DNA of 32,000 nt. Source: Bacillus subtilis subsp. subtilis str. 168 (GTDB lineage: Bacteria; Bacillota; Bacilli; Bacillales; Bacillaceae). The position numbers and the translations under genes were made by a program. How positions within the stretch are numbered: the stretch's first letter is position 1; each line of letters starts with the position of its first letter. Shown in pieces: positions 25,322 through 32,000 of this stretch. Below the pieces are notes generated by a model, which was not told the origin of the DNA, made no database searches, and saw only the letters and a list, made by a program, of their open reading frames with translations. The stretch covers positions 3,000,001 to 3,032,000 of the forward strand of contig NC_000964.3 in NCBI RefSeq assembly GCF_000009045.1, written 5' to 3'.

Positions 25322-25390
25322 GGATATGCCTAAAAGCAACCTCTGTAAACATAGATTTTATAGGCCGCTGGTCCTTTTTTATATGTAAAA

Positions 25391-25420
25391 AATGAAAAAG
25401 AGTGGGGATACCCCCACTCC
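25391..25420 (-). terminator. Rho-independent terminator after sspA
   Basis: Minus-strand hairpin GAGTGGGG-GTAT-CCCCACTC followed by TTTTTCATTTTTT. Confidence 0.88.
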
Positions 25421-25444
25421 TAAGCCATTATGTGAAATTGTAAA

Positions 25445-25654
25445 TTAGAATTGTCCTCCGCCCATGTTTTGTTGAGCAAAAGATACAAGACGTTTTGTGA
25501 TCTCTCCTCCAACAGAACCGTTAGCGCGAGAAGTTGTGTCTGCTCCAAGGTTTACACCGAATTCAGAAGCGATTTCTAATTTCATTTGGTCGATCGCTTG
25601 AGCAGCTCCTGGTACTAAAAGGTTGTTGCTGTTACCTGAGTTATTGTTAGCCAT
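25445..25654 (-). CDS. sspA: Major alpha/beta-type small acid-soluble spore protein alpha
   Basis: The ATG at 25654 follows AAGGAGGTGA and gives 69 aa starting [34 protein letters not shown]. Both conserved SASP blocks are present ([19 protein letters not shown]). Confidence 0.97.
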   Translation of the reverse strand: MANNNSGNSNNLLVPGAAQAIDQMKLEIASEFGVNLGADTTSRANGSVGGEITKRLVSFAQQNMGGGQF

Positions 25655-25676
25655 GTGTCTCACCTCCTTGTGAGTA

Positions 25677-25706
25677 TAGAATGTGTCAAAACACATGGCT
25701 TCATTC
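25677..25706 (-). promoter_or_regulatory. Sigma-G-type forespore promoter of sspA
   Basis: Minus strand reads GAATG (25706-25702), an 18-nt spacer, then CATTCTA (25683-25677). The recalled sigma-G consensus is GHATR-N17-18-CATxHTA. Confidence 0.7.
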
Positions 25707-25747
25707 AGAAAAACTTTGGTAATTGTATACAGGAGCTGAAAATTGAT

Positions 25748-26953
25748 TTAAAAGAGTTCAGCGAATTTATCGTTAGCTTCTTGTTCGCTATAAAGGGTCA
25801 TTGTCTCAATGTTATCTACCGCTTCTTGAATATACGGCTCGAAATCAACAAAGCTTTCAAAGTGTTCAATTTTCTCTTTTTTAGGGCGTGTTTTCGGGCT
25901 TGGCGGTGTAAAGATCGTGCAGCAGTCTTCAAACGGCTGAATACTTGTCTCATATGTGCCAATTTCCCGTGATTTTTCGATGATTTCTGTTTTGTCCATG
26001 GCGATTAGCGGACGCAAAATCGGTGTTGACGTCACCGCATTAATTGCATACATGCTTTCAAGCGTTTGGCTCGCTACCTGACCGAGGCTTTCTCCCGTAA
26101 TAATGGCAAGCCCGTTTCTCTTTTCTCTGATTCTGTCGGCTATCTGAAGCATGAGGCGGCGGGTTGCCGTCATTGTGTAATTTTCAGGAATTTGTTTTTG
26201 GATGAGCTCTTGCGTTTTTGTAAATGGAACAATATGAAGTGTCATGCTTCCCCCAAAACGGGACAGACATTTCGCCAGATCCATTACCTTTTGCTTTGCG
26301 CGCTCGCTTGTGTATGGCGGGCTGAAGAAATGAACAGCTTCTACCGACAATCCCCGTTTCATCGCATAAAAACCGGCCACAGGGCTGTCAAAACCGCCAG
26401 AAAGCATCAGCATCGCTTTTCCTGCTGAACCAACTGGCAGCCCGCCTGCACCTTTTTCATCACGAATTGTCAAAAATGTTGCTTCTTCCCTGATTTCGAT
26501 TCTGAGCGGGATGTCTGGGTTGCGAACATCGACCGTCAATCCTTCTGTATTTCGCAAAATATGGCCGCCGATTTCAGCGTTCATCTGGTTTGTATCTAAT
26601 TCAAATTGCTTATACGCTCTCTTTGTCGCGACTTTAAACGTATCACCTGGTTTATACTGATCTTTGATAGCCTTTAGTGCGGTTGCCTTAATATCATCAA
26701 GGCGGCTGTCACACTTAATTGCCAGGCTGAAGCTTTGAATCCCAAACACTTGCTTTAAATGAGGAAAAAGAGCCTCAGGATCCTCTCCATTTAATGTAAT
26801 CGTCATACGATCCCTGTTGGAAAAGTATTTTAAATTCGGATAGTCTTTCAAAACGAGTCTGATGTTTTGTTTTAAGCGCTCAATAAAGCTTTTTCTGTTT
26901 TTGCCTTTGGTCGAAATTTCCCCAAAACGAATTAATATATGATCGTAATTCAT
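25748..26953 (-). CDS. thiI: tRNA 4-thiouridine synthase / thiamine sulfur-transfer protein ThiI, short form without a rhodanese domain
   Basis: 401 aa. The N-terminal part is a ferredoxin-like/THUMP region and the PP-loop reads SGGFDSPVA. The ORF ends without a C-terminal rhodanese module. It starts 3 nt after the nifZ stop. Confidence 0.95.
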   Translation of the reverse strand: MNYDHILIRFGEISTKGKNRKSFIERLKQNIRLVLKDYPNLKYFSNRDRMTITLNGEDPEALFPHLKQVFGIQSFSLAIKCDSRLDDIKATALKAIKDQYKPGDTFKVATKRAYKQFELDTNQMNAEIGGHILRNTEGLTVDVRNPDIPLRIEIREEATFLTIRDEKGAGGLPVGSAGKAMLMLSGGFDSPVAGFYAMKRGLSVEAVHFFSPPYTSERAKQKVMDLAKCLSRFGGSMTLHIVPFTKTQELIQKQIPENYTMTATRRLMLQIADRIREKRNGLAIITGESLGQVASQTLESMYAINAVTSTPILRPLIAMDKTEIIEKSREIGTYETSIQPFEDCCTIFTPPSPKTRPKKEKIEHFESFVDFEPYIQEAVDNIETMTLYSEQEANDKFAELF

Positions 26954-26956
26954 GTT

Positions 26957-28102
26957 CTACCTCATCATTTCCCTTAATTTTTTGATGCCAGGACGAAGCG
27001 CGTTCATAAACGGTTCTGCCACATCGCTTGTCTGGCTGTAATTTAAACTGATTCTGATGCTGCTTCCGGCAATCTGCTCTCCTTTGCCCATCTCTAAGAG
27101 AACCTTGCTGGGCTTATGTTCTTTTGCCGAGCAAGCCGATGTTGTGGAGACGAATATATCCTGTTCCTCAAGCATGTGTAAAAGCACTTCCGCTTTAATC
27201 CCCGGTACAGAGAAATTAATAATGTGCGGCGCGCTATTCATTTGAGGCGTGTTGATAACGACGCCCTCAATTTCACTCAGCCTATTCATAAACAATTCCT
27301 TTACGGCAGTCATCGTGTCAAGCCGTGTGTCAAAATCAGCAGAGGCCAGATTAATGGCCTTGGCAAGCGAAACCGCACCAGCAGTATGTTCTGTTCCGGC
27401 CCGTATGCCTTTTTGCTGAGAGCCTCCCGTTATGAGCGGAATAAGGCGTGTTCCTTCTTTTACAATAAGTGCGCCTGTCCCCTTTAGGCCGTGAAATTTA
27501 TGCCCCGAAATTGAACATAGATCAATGCCGGCCTTTTCAATTGCCAAGGGCACTTTATAGATGCCCTGCACATAATCGACGTGAAACAAAATGTTCGAAT
27601 GCTCTTTCAGCACTTCTCCTGCCGCTTCAATCGGCTGCACGGAACCGACTTCATTGTTCACATGCATCATGCTGACAAGCACGGTATCGGGACGGATGGC
27701 TGCTTTTAGATCTTCAATAGAAACAAATCCGTCTTCATTCACAGAAAGATAAGTGATATCAAACCCGAACAACTCTTTCAGCTGTTCTAACGATTCCGTA
27801 ACGGATGGATGTTCAATAGAAGTGGCAATGATATGTTTGCCTGTTTTTATCTTTGACAAAGCCGCTCCTTTTAAAGCCGCATTATTGGCTTCTGTGGCGC
27901 CTGACGTAAATACAATATCATATTTTTTTAGGCCTAAGGACCTTTTGATTTGATTTTTGGCTGCTTGAAGCAGCTGTTCCGTTTCGGCTCCATATCGGTG
28001 CAAAGATGAAGGATTGCCAAAGTATCGGCTGCTCGTCTGTTCATATACGTTCAAGACTTCATCGTAAGGCTTCGTCGTTGAACTATTATCTAAATATATC
28101 AT
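26957..28102 (-). CDS. nifZ: Cysteine desulfurase (class V aminotransferase) dedicated to ThiI
   Basis: The ATG at 28102 follows AAAGGAG and gives 381 aa. The PLP-lysine region reads [12 protein letters not shown] and the active-site Cys loop reads [10 protein letters not shown]. Confidence 0.93.
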
Positions 28103-28189
28103 CTTTTTTACTCCTTTATGAAAGCGGTACAAGGTATGATATTTATGTTACCATAACAAAATTTAATAGAAAATTACGAAAAACTAGTA

Positions 28190-28217
28190 TTGACTTCTAA
28201 TTTTTTTACCATATAAT
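28190..28217 (+). promoter_or_regulatory. Candidate sigma-A promoter of braB
   Basis: TTGACT (28190-28195), a 16-nt T-rich spacer, then TATAAT (28212-28217). This leaves a leader of ~75 nt before the ATG at 28297. Confidence 0.55.
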
Positions 28218-28242
28218 AAGATTTGTTCGTTTCGTCATATTA

Positions 28243-28262
28243 TCTGACAATTAATTGACAGA
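28243..28262. promoter_or_regulatory. Near-perfect 20-bp palindrome in the braB leader, candidate operator
   Basis: TCTGACAATTAATTGACAGA is self-complementary at 18 of 20 positions. It overlaps a CodY-box-like 15-mer at 28253-28267, whose reverse complement AATATTCTGTCAATT matches AATTTTCWGAAAATT at 12 of 15 positions. Confidence 0.35.
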
Positions 28263-28296
28263 ATATTTTAACATAATTATTAGGAGGATTTTTTTC

Positions 28297-29634
28297 ATGA
28301 AACACTCACTGCCTGTCAAAGATACCATTATTATTGGTTTCATGCTATTTGCGTTATTCTTTGGAGCAGGAAATATGATTTATCCGCCGGAACTTGGACA
28401 AGCAGCCGGACACAACGTCTGGAAGGCCATCGGCGGATTTTTACTGACAGGGGTAGGCCTGCCGCTTCTCGGCATTATCGCCATCGCATTAACCGGTAAG
28501 GACGCTAAAGGCCTTGCTGACAAAGCGCACCCTGTTTTCGGCACAATCTTTACTGTCGTGCTTTATTTATCAATCGGACCATTATTCGCCATCCCGAGAA
28601 CAGGAACTGTTTCATATGAAATTGGCGCTGTTCCGTTTTTGACTGGTGTACCAGAAAGACTTTCTTTATTAATATTTACACTTATCTTTTTCGGCGTTAC
28701 GTACTATTTAGCGTTAAACCCATCTAAGGTTGTGGATCGAGTCGGAAAAATTCTGACTCCCATCAAATTCACAATTATTTTAATCATTGTTCTCAAAGCC
28801 ATCTTCACGCCGATGGGCGGATTGGGCGCCGTGACAGAAGCATATAAAGGAACACCGGTTTTTAAAGGATTTTTAGAAGGCTATAAAACAATGGACGCAC
28901 TTGCTTCAATTGTATTTGGCGTTGTCGTTGTAAATGCTGTAAAAAGCAAAGGCGTTACACAGTCTAAAGCTCTTGCTGCAGCCTGCATTAAAGCAGGTGT
29001 GATTGCCGCTTTAGGCCTGACTTTCATTTATGTATCCCTTGCTTATTTAGGTGCAACAAGCACAAATGCCATTGGTCCTGTTGGTGAAGGAGCTAAAATT
29101 TTATCTGCGTCTTCCCATTATTTATTCGGTTCATTGGGCAACATCGTACTCGGAGCAGCGATTACAGTCGCATGTTTAACAACAAGCATCGGCCTTGTCA
29201 CATCTTGCGGCCAATATTTTTCAAAACTTATTCCGGCATTATCATATAAAATTGTCGTTACGATTGTCACGTTATTCAGCTTGATCATTGCGAATTTCGG
29301 ACTCGCGCAAATTATCGCGTTTTCTGTTCCTATTTTATCAGCTATCTATCCGCTTGCCATTGTCATTATCGTTCTTTCCTTCATCGATAAGATCTTTAAA
29401 GAAAGACGCGAAGTGTACATCGCATGCTTGATCGGTACAGGACTTTTCAGTATTTTAGACGGTATCAAAGCAGCCGGTTTTTCACTTGGATCTTTAGATG
29501 TGTTTCTAAATGCGAATCTTCCTCTTTACAGCCTCGGCATCGGCTGGGTGCTTCCAGGAATCGTCGGAGCGGTTATCGGCTATGTGCTGACCTTATTCAT
29601 CGGACCATCCAAACAGCTTAATGAAATAAGTTAA
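28297..29634 (+). CDS. braB: Branched-chain amino acid:cation symporter (LIVCS family)
   Basis: The ATG at 28297 follows AGGAGGA and gives 445 aa. There are about 12 hydrophobic helices and the LIVCS N-terminal motif FFGAGNMIYPP. Confidence 0.95.
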   Translation: MKHSLPVKDTIIIGFMLFALFFGAGNMIYPPELGQAAGHNVWKAIGGFLLTGVGLPLLGIIAIALTGKDAKGLADKAHPVFGTIFTVVLYLSIGPLFAIPRTGTVSYEIGAVPFLTGVPERLSLLIFTLIFFGVTYYLALNPSKVVDRVGKILTPIKFTIILIIVLKAIFTPMGGLGAVTEAYKGTPVFKGFLEGYKTMDALASIVFGVVVVNAVKSKGVTQSKALAAACIKAGVIAALGLTFIYVSLAYLGATSTNAIGPVGEGAKILSASSHYLFGSLGNIVLGAAITVACLTTSIGLVTSCGQYFSKLIPALSYKIVVTIVTLFSLIIANFGLAQIIAFSVPILSAIYPLAIVIIVLSFIDKIFKERREVYIACLIGTGLFSILDGIKAAGFSLGSLDVFLNANLPLYSLGIGWVLPGIVGAVIGYVLTLFIGPSKQLNEIS

Positions 29635-29642
29635 TGTCACAG

Positions 29643-29670
29643 AACGCCTGCGTTATTGCGCAGGCGTTTT
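29643..29670 (+). terminator. Rho-independent terminator after braB
   Basis: AACGCCTGCG-TTATTG-CGCAGGCGTT followed by a TT(G)T tract. Confidence 0.82.
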
Positions 29671-29675
29671 GTAAT

Positions 29676-29713
29676 AAAAAAAGAGCCTGCTCATTACACT
29701 GCGGGCTCTTTTT
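29676..29713 (-). terminator. Rho-independent terminator after ezrA
   Basis: Minus-strand hairpin AGAGCCCGC...GCAGGCTCT followed by seven T residues. Confidence 0.7.
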
Positions 29714-29728
29714 CATGGTCGTGATTAT

Positions 29729-31417
29729 CTAAGCGGATATGTCAGCTTTGATTTTTTCAACTGCACCTGGCGCAGCCTTTTCTACAGCGGCAGCGGCAAT
29801 TTCATAAGAGTCGTCATAATCAAAAGCATAAAAACGTCTTTCCGCTTCTTTCAGCTGTTCAGATAAAATATGATTCTGGCTTCTGAACCGGTTTCCGAAC
29901 TGAATGATTTTTTCAATGAGGATGACCTGCTCGACAAGTTCCTCTGATTCCCGGCTTGCCCTGTTGACGATATCTTCTGCTTGTTTCAAATGGGCTCCGG
30001 CTTCTTCCATATTTAATGGAAGTTCGTTTAGTTGATTGACCGTTTCTTGAATATGATGATGCGCGTTCTCCAGCATCTCTTGAATATGGCTCGGAATGCC
30101 TGGAATGTTGCTAGTCTTCAGCAGTCTTGCTGTCTCAGAAATTGTTTTTTTCAAATTGCTGAGCGTCTCCCTCGCCTGAAGCTCTTCTTTTCTCAGCGCT
30201 TGCAGATTTTCACGATACTCGGCATGCTCTTTTTTCACTTCTTCAATTTGCTTCTCTATTGAAGCAACTTCTTCTACTAAAAGTGAGTAGGCGACATGCT
30301 CTGCATCAAGCTTATCTTTAACGGATGATAGCAGCTTTCCAATTTCATCAAGGCGCTTTTCAAAAGCCTGCTGTTTGCCGAGCTCACCGGCTGTCAGCCT
30401 GTAGCTTTCCTTCACCAGCTCAGTTTCCGCTTTCGTATGCTCTTTCTCTTCTTTAAGCTTGTCGTAAGCAATAATCAATTCAGGCATTTTGCTTAGTACG
30501 GATTGACCGGCTTCAACTTCGCCCTCCAGCTGCTGATAAACAGATTGAATATTTTCGTCAATGAGCTGCAGGATTGCGGACGCTTCATCAATATCCAGTT
30601 CAGTCATCAGGACATGTTCCGCTCGTTTCAGCTGGTTTGACAGATTTTCTAATTCCTTATCAAGCTGGATATGCTCAAGCTTGTACCCTTTTTCTTTCAT
30701 TTCGCCATAGCCATCCTTGAGCTTTGCAATCTGTCCGGGCACCGTCTGTTTACAGTCAGCTAACAGCTTCGGCACATCATCTATGTATGACTGAAGCCGT
30801 TCAAGATTGCGGTCCTGCTCAAGCAGTACTTTTCGTGCAGTAATATAGTTTCCGCCTTCTGTTTCTTCTTCAAATTGTTTGATGCCGCTCCAAATTTCGT
30901 CCAGATCCTTTTCAAGGCTGTCATAAAGCTCCCCGTAAAGGTGGCTGTAAGCCAGCAGGTTTTTTCGAGATTTCGAATAGCGCTCCCTCACCTGTTCAAT
31001 CTCTTCACGGCTCTTTTCCTCACTTGTGACAAGATCGCTGATTTCCCGAAGAATCTTTTCAATGCTTGATTCAGCCGCTGTCAGCAGGTCGTCGATATGA
31101 ACGAGCACTTGATTGGCCTTTTTAAACCGGTATTTGTCTGCATTTTCCTCGGCATCATAAAGGAGCTCTTCAACTTTCGGCATGTGGGCTGTGACAATCT
31201 CATCCCATTCTTCACGCCACTTCTCAAAGAACTCTTCTGTCTGACCCGTCATTTTTAAATGTTTTATTTTAGACATTTCTTCCACGATCGACCGATTCAG
31301 AATTTCAATCTTCCACGATTCCAGCCGGTCGATTTCGGCGTAGATTTTTTTCCTGAAAAAGTAGCCTGCCGCAAACAGCGCAAGCAGTACAATTAATAAT
31401 CCAATGACAAACTCCAT
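29729..31417 (-). CDS. ezrA: Septation ring formation regulator EzrA (negative regulator of FtsZ ring assembly)
   Basis: 562 aa. There is a single N-terminal transmembrane helix (FVIGLLIVLLALFAAGYFF) followed by long heptad-rich, E/K/L-rich coiled-coil (spectrin-like) repeats. The ATG follows AAGGGGG. Confidence 0.96.
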   Translation of the reverse strand: MEFVIGLLIVLLALFAAGYFFRKKIYAEIDRLESWKIEILNRSIVEEMSKIKHLKMTGQTEEFFEKWREEWDEIVTAHMPKVEELLYDAEENADKYRFKKANQVLVHIDDLLTAAESSIEKILREISDLVTSEEKSREEIEQVRERYSKSRKNLLAYSHLYGELYDSLEKDLDEIWSGIKQFEEETEGGNYITARKVLLEQDRNLERLQSYIDDVPKLLADCKQTVPGQIAKLKDGYGEMKEKGYKLEHIQLDKELENLSNQLKRAEHVLMTELDIDEASAILQLIDENIQSVYQQLEGEVEAGQSVLSKMPELIIAYDKLKEEKEHTKAETELVKESYRLTAGELGKQQAFEKRLDEIGKLLSSVKDKLDAEHVAYSLLVEEVASIEKQIEEVKKEHAEYRENLQALRKEELQARETLSNLKKTISETARLLKTSNIPGIPSHIQEMLENAHHHIQETVNQLNELPLNMEEAGAHLKQAEDIVNRASRESEELVEQVILIEKIIQFGNRFRSQNHILSEQLKEAERRFYAFDYDDSYEIAAAAVEKAAPGAVEKIKADISA

Positions 31418-31613
31418 AATGAGCCCCCTTGCTGTTTACCTTAATCTGTCAGGGTGTTTTATTTATTCAGAAAGATTTCAGGATATGTATTGAGAAAAAC
31501 TGTCGTTTTCATTGTTATTATGATACCATGTAACAAACATTTTTTGACCAGAAATCAAAAACTTTTTGTGCAAAATCGGCAGGATTTGACTATTTTTTCA
31601 TGGGGTGACATCA

Positions 31614-32000
31614 ATGCAAAAGCGAGACGGACATATTCACACACCATTTTGCCCTCACGGCTCCAATGACACACTCAGACAATATGCAGAAGAAGCCTTA
31701 AAAAAAGGGTTCGAATCGATTACTTTTACCGAACACGCCCCATTGCCGCCATCTTTTACCGATCCCACGCCGCTGAAAGACAGCGCGATGGCGCAAGCTT
31801 CTTTGGAACGCTATATTCATGAAATTTCCGGATTAAAAAAAGAATATCGCGGACAGCTTAGCATACGGACAGGGCTTGAAGTCGATTATATCGCTGAATT
31901 TGAAGACGAAATTACATTATTCCTAGACACATACGGGCCATATTTAGATGACAGCATCTTATCCGTTCATTTTTTGCGCACAGACTCTTCCTATCTATGC
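31614..32000 (+). CDS. hisJ: Histidinol-phosphate phosphatase, PHP family. Only the N-terminal part is present; the gene continues past the window end.
   Basis: The ATG at 31614 follows GGGGTGA. The translation MQKRDGHIHTPFCPHGS carries the PHP-domain HxH metal motif. The frame stays open to position 32000. Confidence 0.88.
   Translation, partial: MQKRDGHIHTPFCPHGSNDTLRQYAEEALKKGFESITFTEHAPLPPSFTDPTPLKDSAMAQASLERYIHEISGLKKEYRGQLSIRTGLEVDYIAEFEDEITLFLDTYGPYLDDSILSVHFLRTDSSYLC

Noticed and set aside
25340-25392. GGCCGCTGGTCC followed by TTTTTT as a possible plus-strand terminator or small RNA end
   Set aside because: The arms are not properly complementary; at best there are 4 bp with a bulge. 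No plus-strand gene or promoter lies upstream.
31454-31669. 71-aa plus-strand ORF (GTG start) in the ezrA-hisJ spacer, overlapping the hisJ start
   Set aside because: It has no SD and is out of frame with hisJ. The hydrophobic, basic junk-like sequence is what an AT-rich promoter region yields on translation. I also could not define convincing ezrA or hisJ promoters here, so none is reported.
1-32000. Search for CRISPR arrays, tRNA or rRNA genes, IS elements, prophage remnants, toxin-antitoxin pairs and riboswitch or T-box leaders (including upstream of argG, braB, hisJ and ytmI)
   Set aside because: I saw no spaced direct repeats, no cloverleaf-type or rRNA-like conserved stretches and no transposase or integrase motifs. 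I also saw no small adjacent two-gene cassettes of toxin-antitoxin type. The leaders are too short, or lack the conserved cores I know (S-box, T-box specifier/antiterminator, FMN, TPP).

Overview
The window is a gene-dense, low-GC Firmicute chromosomal segment. From the translated proteins I recognise it from memory (not searched) as the Bacillus subtilis 168-type hipO(ytnL)-to-hisJ region, roughly locus tags BSU29290 to BSU29620. I call 34 protein-coding genes, 30 of them on the minus strand.

Gene content in window order:
- The YtlI/CymR-controlled sulfur-limitation operon ytmI-tcyJKLMN-ytmO-ytnIJ-ribR-hipO (1-8785), with its divergent LysR activator ytlI.
- ytkL, ytkK and the micro-ORF ytzD.
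- argGH, moaB, ackA (with two CcpA cre boxes), ytxK and tpx.
- The forespore operon ytfIJ, then sppA-yteJ, ppnKB and ytcI-ytcJ.
- sspA, nifZ-thiI, braB, ezrA and the 5' end of hisJ.

Nearly every transcription unit ends in a clear rho-independent hairpin. For about 15 genes the longest ORF in the supplied track overshoots the start that the Shine-Dalgarno sequence supports. I moved those starts accordingly; several use TTG or GTG.

I found no rRNA, tRNA, CRISPR array, transposase, integrase, phage gene or defence-island-like block, so I cannot honestly claim a new system here. The least explained items are:
- the ytcI-ytcJ ligase/amidohydrolase pair;
- the orphan methyltransferase-like YtxK, which has a non-canonical motif IV;
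- YtkK, a short-chain dehydrogenase with Phe where the catalytic Tyr normally sits;
- the 44-codon ytzD appended to argGH;
- the sulfur operon, which carries two flavin monooxygenases and a flavokinase/RNA-binding fusion but no flavin reductase.

All names and regulatory assignments rest on my recall of protein sequences, motifs and consensus sites, and need BLAST or HMM confirmation.
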